A program made the translations under genes and the position numbers. Below the pieces are notes generated by a model. That model saw only the letters and a program-made list of their open reading frames with translations, did not search any database and was not told the DNA's origin. DNA of 55,486 bases, counting the filler, from Sphacelaria rigidula (taxonomy: Eukaryota), in the NCBI GenBank assembly GCA_964200075.2. It is 4 parts of 4 records of this genome, joined end to end, with 100 filler letters (N's around TTAATTAATTAA, not from the genome) between each part and the next. Parts side by side here need not be neighbours in the genome. Positions count along the whole stretch, not along the records: positions 13,901 to 27,697 come from CAXNAA020002661.1; positions 27,798 to 41,593 come from CAXNAA020002662.1; 2 more parts are not named here. The stretch is one strand, 5' to 3'. Of this stretch, positions 22,411 to 34,630 are shown in pieces (position 1 is the stretch's first letter; each line of letters begins with the position of its first letter).

Positions 22411-25400
22411 GGGAGGTCGGGATCAAGCTCGTGTTTGCTTCAACTAACACACCGCAGCAGATAGGAGACAACGAGTGGGCAGGAAAGACGATCGTGGGGA
22501 TTGTACGCTGCTTGCTTGCGGACTCAGGTCTTCCCAACAAACTCTGGGGGAGCTGATGTTGGCGACTGCATACCTCAGCAACCGGACTCCCCACGCGGCA
22601 TTGAACAACGACACGCCGTACAAACGCCTCTACGGCAAGGACGCAATCCTCGGACATTTTCGGACGATCGGGGCAAGGGCGTTCGTGCACGTGGAGACAC
22701 GCGGCAGGAAGCTGGGCCAACGTGCCTGGGAAGGGAGGCTCGTGGATTACAGCATAGATAGCAAGTCGTACCGGGTTTACAACCCAGCGACAGGGACTGT
22801 AAGGGAAAGCAGGAACGTGGTCTTCATCGAGACTCCTTCCACCATGCCTGAACCTGACTTGGCGAATGGTCTTGAAGAGGAAGAATTCACGTACGACGAC
22901 GTCGATGACATGATACGGGATGTCCGGAACTATTCATTCAACATCGACCTGAGATCATCGCCTGCCGCTGGCCAAGAGGTTCGCAACCCTTCAGTTCGCG
23001 CGCTATTCGAACACATCAAGGAGATAATCAACCGCGATGCTGATATCAACCACACCAACTCCGCGTCTTCCGAGACCGCACCAACCGACAATCCATCGGG
23101 TGATCCGCCTGGGGGAGACGACCCTGGAGGAGATCGCCCTGGTGATTCGCCTGGGGGAGACAGCCCTACCCCGTCTGAGGAAGGGAGTCCTGCAGGTACA
23201 GGTGGTGGTTCTGAGTCGGGTGGTAGCTCCGGTGATTCGGGGTCTGGTTCGGCGTCGCACGGCGAGGGTATCTCCCGCGGAGGTTCCGCGTCACGTGGTG
23301 AGCGTGGTTCTCACGGTGGGCGACGTGGCACGGCATCTCGTGGTGGGCGGGGTGGTTCTACACCGCAGCGTCCTACTACCAGATCGGTGACACAAGGGCC
23401 CAACGCAAGGACTCTCCGCGAATTGAAGAAACTTGGACTACACACGAAGGGGGAGAGACAGGACATCGCCCACAAGGACGAGGTCGTGTACTTCATCCAT
23501 TACGCCTATGCAGCGCAAAACGCCCAGCAGCAGGTTCCCAGGACATTCAGGGAGGCCATGGAGCTAGCTGACGCGAAACTATGGCGAGTGGCTACCCGCA
23601 AAGAAATGGACAGGTTGGAGGAACTTAGGGTCCTCACGCTGGTCCCGCGCAAGACCGTTCCTACTGGCTCCAGGATCTACAAGCCCCAATGGATTTTCAA
23701 TATCAAAGCCGACAACAGCCACAAAGCGCGCTGGGTGGTCTCTGGCTGGGGACAAACCCCGGGCAAGGACTGCGGTAACACATACGCTCCTGTTTGCCGT
23801 CTGCAGAGCGTGCGAATGGTGTTGGCTATCGCCGCACAGATGGACTGGGAGGTGGTTCAGATAAACGTGAATACTGCTTTCTTGTACGCTTCTCTCGAGG
23901 AAGATGTGCACGTGGAAGCAGCGCCTGGGTACGAGAAGATGGACAACGATGGAATTCCACTCTTCATGAAGTTGCACAAGATTCTTTACGGACTTGCTCA
24001 AAGTCCCGGGAACTGGTTTAAGACCATCGACCCGGAACTCGTCGCTCTCAGGTTCGTTTCGCTCCAGTCTGACACCTGTGTTTACATATACAGGAAGAAC
24101 GGCGTACTCATTATCCTGACTCTCTACGTGGACGACCTTCTCCTCGTTAGAGCTGACATCCAGGTCATCGAGAGCATTAAACAGAAGTTAGTTGATGAAG
24201 CGGTTCAAGATGACGGACATGGGAGACCTTTCACTCGTGCTTGGGATGCAGGTCACACGTGACCGCCAGGAGAAGACGATCACGATCAGTCAGGAGAACT
24301 ACACCAGATCCATCCTGGCGAAGTTTGGCATGGTGGACTGCAAGCCTGTGAGCACCCCCGGTTTAGGAAAGGAGCTGTCCAACAACCAGCCGGAGGGGGC
24401 TCTTCTCAACGAGGAAGAAAGGCAGAGGTTCCAGGCCATAACAGGCTCGGTCATGTACCTAGCCCAGATTACGCGCTACGATGTCATGCACAGCACTGGT
24501 TAACTTGCTCGTGCGATATCTAAACCGTCGAAAGCGCACATAGGTGCGGCCAAGCACTTGCTCAGGTATCTGGCGGGAACCCTAGATTTTCCCCTGGTCT
24601 ACAAGAAGGGAGGGTTCAAGCTGACAGCCTTCTCTGACTTCAACTGGGGGAACAACCCCAACAACGGCAAGTCGACGTCGTGCTACATTATGATCTTCTG
24701 CAAGGCTCCCGTAAGTTTTAGGTCGGGTGTTCTAAGTCTTACGGCAATGTCCATCATCGAGGCGGTTTTCTGCTCCAATATGCTGATCGAGCTTGTTTTC
24801 GGAAAGGAGGTCGAGAAGGTGCCGCTGTACATCGACAACACGGCGACGCTACATGTGATCGGGAACCGCGCGTACAGCTCTCGCACGAAGCACATCGCGT
24901 TGAGGTTCTCCTACATCCGTGAACTAGTCAGCGAGGGAAAGATGACGATTCACGACGTCCCCACAGAAGACAACCTAGCTGACATAGGGACGAAGCACTT
25001 GACGAAGCTACGTCTTCAGCAAATTCTTCACAAGTTCAAGAACTTCTGATACCTTCAACATCATCACTAACTAACAACTTCTGACGTTCTCATCAACATG
25101 AGTACATTATGATATTTTCGTGTTTACATTTGAGTAGTCTATCATGGCTCGCATCATCACTGATCGCTGGAGCACTTTATCTTTGAATTTAAGAGATTCT
25201 GGTCTATGATACATTGTTTGCAGAAAGTATATTAACGCGTGTACGTTGGGTACTCGTAGCACGTACAAGGAAATACTATTGAAACAGAATGAATTTAGCG
25301 TTTGATTCTCATAGCGTTTCTTTTCACATTTTTCGTTTATTTGTTTTTTTATTTGACTGCACTTTCATTGAAGGGGACTGTTATGGAAATGTTAGCTCAT

Positions 25401-25678
25401 GTCCATGTACTAGTCAATGTTCAGTTCTGTAGCACTGCTATTGTAGCATAGTACATCTTGTCGGTCTAATACGTGTCGGTTTGTGAGTATCCTACGATAT
25501 GCGGAGGAACTACTTTGCTGTGTTCTATCGCGGAGGTCACTCCAACTCCTCCTTCTCCTCCTCCCTGCTGATCTTACTACTGTCCTGTCTGGCGAAGACA
25601 GCTCCGTCTTCTGGACTTTAGGGTACTCTGTGATTCATATCTCTGTATGTGTTGGCCACCTAAGCGCCACTTTCAACA
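19951..25678 (+). mobile_element. Ty1/Copia retrotransposon, near full length, degenerate; matching 5' LTR absent
   Basis: Domain order is gag (probable ATG 20059, CCHC), PR (DSGA ~21526), INT, Gly/Ser linker, RT (KARWVVSG, YVDD ~24125), RNase H (RTKHIALRF, ADIGTK, stop 25049). PPT GAAGGGGAC precedes the LTR. Several frameshifts and stops. Confidence 0.95.
25379..25678 (+). repeat. 3' LTR of the Copia element (300 bp)
   Basis: Starts TGTTA directly after the PPT and ends TCAACA. The right boundary is inferred from the terminal inverted motif. Confidence 0.7.
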
Positions 25679-25914
25679 TCATGTCATCATCTCTACTACA
25701 CAGAAGCATCGTCCTGCTTCTCTTCGGCTCTCCACTGCCGAGTGTCCCGTACCTCGACTAACCTCGAGAGGCACAGCCTCTGCCACGGTGCCAAGGTACT
25801 AAAAGTTACCATAATAACTGCATATTTTGTCCTGCTATCCGATAAAGGGTACAACATTGTTCCGCCCTTGTTCAAAAAAACAAAAACAAGATCCCACACC
25901 ATCCGGAGCCGGTC

Positions 25915-26260
25915 GCCCCGGTGGCTCACTTGGTAAGTTCGAAACCTTCTGACGGTTGGGTCGTGGGTTCGAATGTCGGAGCGATCTGGGATTTTTCATC
26001 ACACCATGCCCAACAGTGGAGAGCGACTATATCATGGGTACACAACATTCGACTTGATTGTCGACGAGGGAAAGGGACTGCTGAACCCCTCTCGCGATTA
26101 AAGAAAAAAGGCAAGCACCGCAGAAGAAAGGTGGGGTATTGAAAAGAAACGAAAAAAAAAAGCTCCTGTGTTGACTGTCCTCCTGGGTGATCCCGGCTGG
26201 TGCGTCCGCATACATACACCGAAAGGTGTAAACTGGCGTCCGGAATAAATGGGACGGCAA
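25915..26260 (+). mobile_element. tRNA-derived SINE-like element (Pol III head)
   Basis: A-box TGGCTCACTTGG (25922), TTCTGAC anticodon-loop-like segment, B-box GGTTCGAAT (25966). The body recurs without the head at ~16432-16620 (+) and ~19730-19943 (-), with a related fragment near 41530-41580. Confidence 0.75.
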
Positions 26261-27026
26261 CACAAACATCCGAAGAAATACCACATCTCGTCCCATGTAA
26301 GCGTCACAATCATGTACACTCTTACACAGAACCACTCCAACCCAGCCAACCCAATAACATTGGAGTATGACGCGGCAGAAGCTATATTCCACACTCGAGT
26401 CCCCTTCGAATGCCCGTATCCGTCGAACGGCAACCAAGTCTCATCTACAGTATAAGTAGGGGAAAACTAGGGTACACACAACACCTGCACCTGGGACATG
26501 CATACGCATACGTACGTCACTGCCCCAATGATCCGTGTTAGAACCACCCAGGAAGAAAGACTCAGCACCATCAAATGCCGACAGCAAAAACAGCCGCTAC
26601 ACCAAACCAAGACGAAAATATGATACAAACAGGATACGGCCATCGATCGACCTGCTGCAAAAGCATGAAACGGCGTAGTGACGAACACTTGGAAGTACAC
26701 CTTTTCTTTTTTTTTCCATTGTACATAGCGCGCTTACACTCAAGAATCGAAGCCTGGAGGGGAGTGACAACTGGTGCACAGAGTCTACCTTGGAGCGTTG
26801 ACATTAACCTTCACTCGGCGAGACTGAGAGGCTACCAAGGCAGGGAAGGAGTGTGTCTCGCCTTGGTGCCTATCCGTACACCGAGTCCGCGATAACGGCG
26901 GAGTTGATTGAGGGCAACATCTGACATCGCGGGAGAGATGAGCGTGAACGCCGCGGCGGTAAAACTCGCTGTACCAAACTAGAACTAGCGACGTACAGGG
27001 TCAAGGTTCCTGCCTGTATCCTATAA

Positions 27027-27504
27027 GGCCGCTCCTCATAACAGCCAAAACAAAAATCTGGAAAAGTGCCTTTTTGGAGCCTGTACGTCGTTTTACGCCC
27101 TGAAAGAGAGCTAGGCGGAGTTTGACACCTTGGAATGACTTGCTCTACTCGTTTGGGCGGTTCCAGGACATCTTCCCGTTCTCCGGTGGCCGTAGTATTT
27201 ATTTCGGTCAAACAAGAATCTTGTCCGAGAACGGTGAAAAACAGTCAAGTCCAGAGCAAAGTTGCGATTTTTTCTAGATTTGACTGTTTTTCACCGTTCT
27301 TGGACGAAAATTCTTGTTTGGTCGAAACAAAAAACTGCGGCCACCGGAGAACGGGAAGATGTCCTGGAACCGCCTCAACGAGTAGAGCAAGCCGTTCCAA
27401 GGTGTCAATACAGGCCCAGCTCTTTTTCAGGGCGTGAAACGACGTAGAAGCTCCAAAAAGGCACTTTTCCATATATTTATTTTGGTCTGTTATAAGGAGC
27501 GGCC
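27027..27504. mobile_element. Palindromic foldback MITE, PIF/Harbinger (Tourist)-like
   Basis: Arms of ~230 bp are reverse complements around a short centre near 27263. Termini GGCCGCTCC...GGAGCGGCC, flanked by TAA on both sides (27024-27026 and 27505-27507). Confidence 0.85.
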
Positions 27505-27697
27505 TAAGGACAGATGAAAAAATAGACAAAAGCGCTTAGGGTCGATGTTAACGTGGCTGTTTTTTTTTTCAGACTTTTCAGACCTTTTTTTTTCGGGGCC
27601 AAAAATATAAAAGGGCAATGGCCTAGAAAAGGTATACCTTCTCGTTTTTGCCTAAGCAAGGTACGAAAAATGGCCAGACACGCGAAAACAGCTCAAC

Positions 27698-27797
27698 NNN
27701 NNNNNNNNNNNNNNNNNNNNNNNNNNNNNNNNNNNNNNNNNTTAATTAATTAANNNNNNNNNNNNNNNNNNNNNNNNNNNNNNNNNNNNNNNNNNNN
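27698..27797. other. Artificial contig spacer
   Basis: Same N44-TTAATTAATTAA-N44 layout. Confidence 0.98.
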
Positions 27798-29186
27798 GCA
27801 TCAGGACGGCAGTCTCCCCCCGTAGGTCTCTGACTACTCTAGCGATACGCCTTCCTTACATTTCGTCTTTTTTGCGATGAGATAAAGGGCTCCTAACAAA
27901 TCAGACCTGAGAAGAGTGGGGCTACGGTAGTGGTGCACAAAACTTTTCTGATGTTCCAGAGCAATGCTAGCTCCACAGTAGGGGTTTACTTTGTTCGCGA
28001 AATATTGTCTAGTTCAGGGGCTCCTAACAAGTGATGCTACGGTAGGGGTGCACAAATATTTTCTGAGGTTGGAATTATTATGAGACCTTGATCTCATGCA
28101 AAACACGACTTATGAGAATATGTAAAAGTGCGCCATGATCACTACTCCAATGTGCTGGGGATATCCCGAATGAATTTGCAAATGGGGATGTCCTGACCCA
28201 TATTCTTGTGTATCTAGAATCGTTAGGAGCCCCTGAACTAGACAATATTTCGCGATAAAAATATACCCCTACCGTAGCATTGCTCTAACGATTCTAGATA
28301 CACAAGAATATGGGCCAGGACATCCCCATTTGAAAATTCATTCGGGATATCCCCAGTACATTGGAGTAGTAATCCTGGCGTACTTTTTACATATTTTTAT
28401 AAGTCGTGTTTTGCATGAGATCAAGGGCTCCTAACCATTCTAACCTCAGAAAATATTTGTGCACCCCTACCGTAGCGTCACTTTCCAGTTGTTGGAAGCC
28501 CTCCATTTCATCTATGATAAAACTTCTGAAATGTATTAGAGCACGTCATGATTAGCATTCCAATGGGCTAAAGATATCCCGAATCGTCATATTGATGGTG
28601 TAGCTAATGCACTGGCTGAGGTCTCTCAGTACGAGTACCAGAAGATACCATTGGGTCCAGCTAACCCAAGCTCTCACGTGGGCACAACGTACGACCTATA
28701 GCTTATCCAGCAAGAACAATCACACAGTAGGTTCATCCATGTGCAGACTGTTGATTAGGAACTCACGTGTTTCATAGCGTCATGTTATATCTACAAGCCT
28801 CTCTTACTCAGTATAGCCGGGGCGTAGCCATAGGAGCAGAGCGTAGTGATGGCTCAGGGTAGAGACCAAGGCAAGCCGGTAACTGGTGGAGGTGGGTCAA
28901 CGCCATGTGGCGAAGCCGGAACAATCCCAACTGATGACAATAGCAAACGCGATAACAACGCGTCACGGAACTCAGGGTCTACGAGCAGACCCGCACAGCG
29001 TATATCTTGCAACGCCTCCGAGCTTCATCACAGAATGCAATTGAAGACGAGAATGTCCTGGCCTATATTTTCGTGTAGCTCCTCACTTCAGGAGCCCTGA
29101 ATGACAAAGGTCGGGGCCGAAAATGTGCCATTCCTACCGTAGCATGACTCAGAAAAGCTTTGTGCACCCGTATCGTGGCAACACTT
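27798..29186. mobile_element. Four nested copies of the Sola2-like MITE family
   Basis: Inner copy 28029-28285 (TSD TAAC) sits inside 27959-28483 (TSD TCCA). That sits inside 27914-29150 (TSD AGAA), which sits inside a fourth copy whose right end is at ~29186. Confidence 0.85.
28585..29032. mobile_element. Solo LTR (448 bp) inserted in a MITE
   Basis: Interrupts MITE homology precisely. Termini CGTCA (from TG) and TCACA; 4-bp TSD GAAT (28581-28584 and 29033-29036). Confidence 0.65.
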
Positions 29187-29268
29187 ACTCGCAGCAGACT
29201 GCATGCGCTAAGCTGTTAATGGGCTTATTATAATGACCCTCCTGCACTTGAAGAGTCCATCTCTTGGG

Positions 29269-29610
29269 GAGTCCTGCGATGGTAGGGTTGCACAACATAC
29301 CTGCCACGATTTAATTGCTAGGAGCCCTTTATTTCGTCGAAAAAATGCAATTAAAACATGAGAGAGAGCACGCCACGACTAGCATTTCAGTGGGCTGGGG
29401 GGGGGCGTACCCATTTGTTGCGTGCCTTAGTCGTTTGACCATTGACCACGCATCCCTTTCGAGACGGAGCGATGGGCTGGGGGGTTCTCGAATGAACGTT
29501 CAAACGGGAATGTCCTGATCCATATTCTTATGCAGCTCCTCACTTCTTTAGGAGACCCTTAATGGGAAACATCTGGGCCCAAATGCGCAATCCCTACCGT
29601 GCCATGACTC
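29269..29610. mobile_element. Sola2-like MITE copy carrying a 70-bp LINE 3' fragment (29403-29472)
   Basis: Termini GAGTCCTGCGATGGTAGG and CCTACCGTGCCATGACTC. The insert matches the LINE end at 33806-33876 and is flanked by the duplication TGGGCTGGGGGG. Confidence 0.75.
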
Positions 29611-30018
29611 CTTGACCGTCTAAGAGGAGTGTCCCACACCTGTTCAATCGGCATCATTTATATTCGAAAAATAAGAGTGGGCGCTGAAGGGTGAATCCCT
29701 TGAGCACCAGACAGCGTGGATCATGAGTCGAATGGAAACGATTGTTCAAAGTGATTATACGACGGGGGTGCACTTTTTCGTCCTCTTTTTTTCTGAGGCT
29801 GCCTCGTGAGGCTCAGGTACTTGTCGTCGAAACTCCAAAAGTGCAGAGCCTCGGAAAAAAATTGTGCACTACTATCGTAGAACCACTCTTCACTTGAACG
29901 ATGACCGCGAGACCCAGAGATGATCCATCTCGTCCGTACAAAGTCAATGAAGGAAGAAAATGACAGAACCTCCCTTCGGTGGGGCAGAGGGTGTGTGTCC
30001 TCTTTATTCGAATGATCG

Positions 30019-30520
30019 TGTTGATAAGATGACCTTGCAGCAACAACAGCCCCTTGCTATGTGCTCAAACAGATTACTGCCCGCTTGCAGTAACTGGGAA
30101 TAAAATGGCGATGTTTCGTAAGTCTTTACTCTTCCTATCCACACGTAAGAAAATGAGTGAAGAGCGTTAAGGCAGACGAGTGAGGGAGAAAGGCGTAGAG
30201 CACTGTCCTGTCAGGACTGCCTAGAATCCAAAATGTACTGCGTCGCAAGATCCGCGATACGTTTGTAGGAACTCGGAACAATTTTCCTTTCTCCAAACAC
30301 AAGGAACGTTCTCAGTAATCTTGCCAGAATAATCGAATACCCCGCAGTTCCCGCGCTATGCGTCCGACTTCTGTTTGTAGATCAACTGTATTGAGCACCC
30401 TCCCTAGCTTCATCGACTAACAAGCCTAGGGTGACCTTATTGTTATCGAATAAACTAATACATTAGATCAAACTCCGTACTATCATCGCTCATCTAAAGT
30501 AAATGGGGTCCATCACAACA
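30019..30520 (-). repeat. Probable 3' LTR of the adjacent Copia fragment
   Basis: Bounded by TGTTG...CAACA and lies just downstream of the RNase H end. No PPT or partner LTR seen. Confidence 0.5.
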
Positions 30521-30544
30521 AATAAATATAACGGTGAATTCTAC

Positions 30545-31600
30545 ATCCTGCCTAAGAGAAAATCATGGTGCCTTTCGAAACTCTCTCCACCAATGGCTTT
30601 GGTTAGAACATCTGCATGCTGTTCTTCTGACTGAAGATACTTCACGGGTATGTCACCACTAGAAACCAACTCCCGGAGTAAATGATACCGTGCATCAATG
30701 TGTTTGCTGTTGAACGAGCTTAATGGATTTTCAGCTAACTAAGTCTATCGCCCCCTTTTTGTCCTCAAAAACTCCAATGCTTTTCGATCCCAAACTGGGC
30801 ATTAGGAACTTCAGAACCCCCTCACATACAGGGCCTCCTTGACATCGTTTTTCTGCCATTGCTACATACTCTGCCTCAGTAGTAGATACGGCGACGCACT
30901 TCTGCGTCCTACAAAACCAAGACACTAGCGTCCCTCCACAGCAAATAGCTACAACACCGGAAACGGAACGTCGGTTCTCTGCCTTATGGGCGTAGTCTGC
31001 GTCAAATACGTATCCATATCAAACTCCAACTGTATACATCCCAAGTCGCTACTCTTCTTGAAAAGTAAACCTGAGGCCGACGTAGCATTCAATTACTCGA
31101 GTATCTTGCGTGCCGCCTTGTAGTGAGTCAGCTTGGGTTCATGAGAGAGCCGTGCGATTGCCCGAACTGCATTGACGATATCGGGCCTCGTCTGGTTTGC
31201 TATCCACATCAAGCTCCCGATGACCTCACGGAAAGGTACATCCACGACAGTCTCCTCCTCGCTTGCATGTCTGAGGTCTCAAGAAGGGTATAGCGGGAAT
31301 GAGAGTAGCCTTCGAGACGTCAAAACGATTTAGCACACTCTTCATAAATTGGGTTTGTGAAATCTCCAAAGTACCGTCCTCCCGGTCCCTTTTGTACTCC
31401 CTCCCCATGTACCACTCTCTACCTCTCCGAGATGTTTAGTGGGAAATCTCTGATTGAGTGCACCGACTATTACCTCAGTCACTTCCTCAGTAGCTGCTGT
31501 CCTGAAATCGTCAAAATGAAAGACCATCATCGCCACAACGTCTTCAGCAACCCTCAGTCGAAACACACGGGGATCGCTACCAGGCATTGTTCGAAACCAC
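30545..31600 (-). mobile_element. Ty1/Copia RT-RNase H fragment (pseudogenised)
   Basis: Motifs FHFDDF (YVDD equivalent), TKHLGEVE, LEISQTQF, QTRPDI, RTQKCVAVSTTEAEYVAM, SKHID and HADVLTKA, with frameshifts. Confidence 0.9.
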
Positions 31601-31772
31601 ACTCCACCAGGGTTGACAACAAGAGTTGATACCATGCACGACCACTCTGCTGCACCGACTCCATTACAGCTACTGACCCTGCTTTGGTGGCCCCGATAAA
31701 TCACGAAACAAGCCTCCTCACATGTATCACGTGTAAAAAATCACCTAGGTGCTACTATTTCCCCCCGTAATA

Positions 31773-33703
31773 CAGTAGCGTTGGACGGTTGAAGAATCTT
31801 CAAAGGATCCTGGGATATGGGGTTGAATTTCAAATGGGGCTGAAGTCACCTTCCAAAAATACACATTTTCTCCGGAAAAGTTTTGGAAAAACAACCAACC
31901 GAGGATATTTTTTTGTCTTTTGAAACTTCCCCTAGCTTGCCTTGTCGCGCATTGTTGCTCCGATGTCTAAAGTCATAATATGTATCTCCTTTCGTACTTT
32001 CGAAACGGCTCTCACCAGGTGAGAGGAGGTTTTCATCATAAGTTCTTCCGTTTTTGTTGACGCCCCTCGAAATCAGAACTTAACCGGCGTTGGGCTACAA
32101 ATATCCATGGTTGATACTACTTGATTTGAGTGTGTACAACGAAAATCGGATCATTAGTATGGCTGACAATCCCCTGTGCCCCTCGCTTGCGCAGAACGCG
32201 TTTTCGTTGAAATCGGCGCCACAGGCGCCGATATGGGGTCTGCCAAGGCCGCACTTTGCCTAGGGAATGCTATGTACCGCCCTTGCCCGAGGGTTCTCGG
32301 TATGCGTTGGGTTGGGGTTAGGGTTATGGGGTAGGGACACTTGTAAAATGTGTCAACCGTGGACATTTGTAGCCCAACGCCGGTTTACTAGCCTTCTCGA
32401 AATGATGAAAGAGGGAGTACGTTCGTGATAAATAAGGGCCCTTCTTATCGAAGGGAATTTTCCCCTTTTTTACAATCCCCTTTTGACAAAGGATTGACCC
32501 CAAAACGACCAGTGCCGAGTCCTATCGAAAAGCAGTTTTGTACAGATTGGACCCCAGATCTGCACGCAGCACGCAGGTTCAGACATGCGGCGGGTCTGGA
32601 AATGGTCATTAGTCCATTGTCTGTGTAATGCTGCAGACAAGACACAACAAGGCAACACAACACCTACACACCCAGCCCCGAAAAATACGCACAGACACCC
32701 ATCACTCGCGCGCATTAGTTTCACTGCTAGCCCTTGCTAATCTACACACGGCAGTCTTTGTTTGACAGAATTCTGTTCTGTATTGGACGAATGGCGGCCG
32801 CATGCGTGTCAAAAACAACCGAAAACGTGTCGTTGCTGACCGTTTCGCAAGCGTGTGCTGTGCGCGCGTCTAGCCCAAATCATCATTTCTCAATGAATTC
32901 TAGACAGGTTTCAGCAAGGTCACGCACAACGTGCACAGCATGAGCAGCTACGGCTCGAGCAGTGTGTTTTGGTTTGCGGGGCCAAGTTCCTCAGGTTCAG
33001 CTCTGATTGTGTTGGGTTGTGTGGTAAGCCTTTGCATGTGCCCCTGTCAACAGGGCATGTATCATCCCCTTCGAGGTGCATGTATCTTCCCCTTTTCAAA
33101 AGGGAATTTCAGGAAGTGTTTTTGCACTTCCTGAGATCGCCTCAAAATATTACCGGATTTCCGTGCACGTTGAGGATATTTGTTTCTTGGGGGGTGTTAT
33201 CGCAGCGACCAATCAGCGGTCGTTTTTCAAAACGGGGATTTTGCTAAACGGGATAATCCCCTTCGTTAAGAAGGGCCCCTAAGTGCCGCCGTTGCTGGAA
33301 ACGTTTTACAGATAACAATGGAAAATTCGATAGGTGGTGAAATCCCTGCCCTTTGAGAATCTTCCTAGGACTCGAAAATACTCCGGCATCATGTTCTTCA
33401 AAAGGATGACGGGGATCCGATAAAATGCGACATCCCTCACCTGGTGAGAGCCGTTTCGAATGCACGAAGGGAGATACAAATGACTTTAGAAACCGGAGCA
33501 TCAATGCACGACAAGGCAAACTGAGAAAATTTTCAAAATACAAATTAAATCTTCACTTGGCTGTTTTTGCAAAACTGGTCCCGAAAAATGTGAATTTTCG
33601 GAAGGTGGCTTCAGCTCCACGTGATGAATCAACCCCATTTTCGAGGATGCTGCATCTGATGTCATCTGTCTGGAGTAGGTGCTGAAACGGTGCGGTGCTA
33701 CTG
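31773..33703. mobile_element. Old non-autonomous foldback DNA element with long diverged TIRs
   Basis: 31800-32030 is the reverse complement of 33430-33650, and 32434-32490 of 33222-33283. Termini TA|CAGTAGC...GCTACTG; the right TA is not preserved. Confidence 0.6.
32084..32383. mobile_element. piggyBac-like MITE (300 bp) inserted in the foldback's left arm
   Basis: ~33-bp TIR CCGGCGTTGGGCTACAAAT(A/G)TCCA(T/C)GGTTGA; flanks TTAA and TTTA. Confidence 0.8.
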
Positions 33704-33805
33704 GGTGTCACATGGCATGGACATTTTTTTGTCGTGAATAGAGCGCTGTTAATGGAGGAATATTACCATGAGTCGTTCCACGATGAGAGGGTGGGGGAAG
33801 GAGGG

Positions 33806-34630
33806 GGGGGGCGTACTGATTTGTTGCTTGCTTTAGTCGTCTGACCATTGACCACGCATCCTTTTCGAGACGGAGCACCGTTCCTACTCCTAATAGAAAC
33901 GCCTCCAACATTCCGGCGCTCATTAGGTTTTTTCCATACACTGAACAAAAAGCTTTTAAATATCTTATCCCCGTCCTGTTTCGCCATCTGTGGCCACCAT
34001 TTATCTCCTAGTATAGCCATCGTTTTCTCCTTAGTGTCTAATGCATCAAACGATTTCATGCCACCTTCGTTCACGTCCTGCATTTCCCCCTCTAGCACGT
34101 CCCGTTCCTCCTAGTACAATTCACATTCCGCCACTATATGAGTTCTGCTCTCGTTTTATTTGCCACAGGGACAATTCTGGGCATGTGCTTCCTCCTCCCC
34201 TCGACTAGTGGTAAATCCCTTCCTTCTCTCTGGCGGGTTCAGGTCCCCGACCCGAAACCGCAGTTTCAATTCTTTCGCCGCGTCCATGGAGCCATGCAGA
34301 TATGTTTTCATCTCTATCCCCTTCACCAACCTCCCGTATATATCTTCAGGTGTTCTTTCTCGTCTACTTTGCGTCTGAGGGGTTCTTTTTCTCCTTATTT
34401 CAACATGTCTCTCACTTTTGTCTTGTACCCCGCGCCTTTACCTATGGACAGTATTTCGTCTTGGCTTCCTCCCATCTCCTTCCATACTTTTTCGACAACT
34501 CTATTCTAGCTTATTCCAGCCTGCCCTGTCGTCATTTTCTTCCATACAGCTCTATCAACTATAGCTGGCAGTCTCTTTGTCTGCATGTTCTTCACGCTAT
34601 ATTGCCATCGCAGTTTCCTCATGTCCCTGC
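33806..34630 (-). mobile_element. 5'-truncated LINE (ORF2 C-terminus with CCHC-like zinc motif, poly(C) tail)
   Basis: Reads RKLRWQYSVKNMQTKRLPAIVDRAVW...KLRFRVGDL...CPCGK*NESRTHIVAECELY...RKGCVVNG, then GTACGCCCCCCCCC. Contains stops and frameshifts. Confidence 0.8.

Noticed and set aside
25915..25985. Functional tRNA-Gln gene
   Set aside because: The acceptor stem does not pair and the head is fused to a dispersed repeat body; called as a SINE instead.
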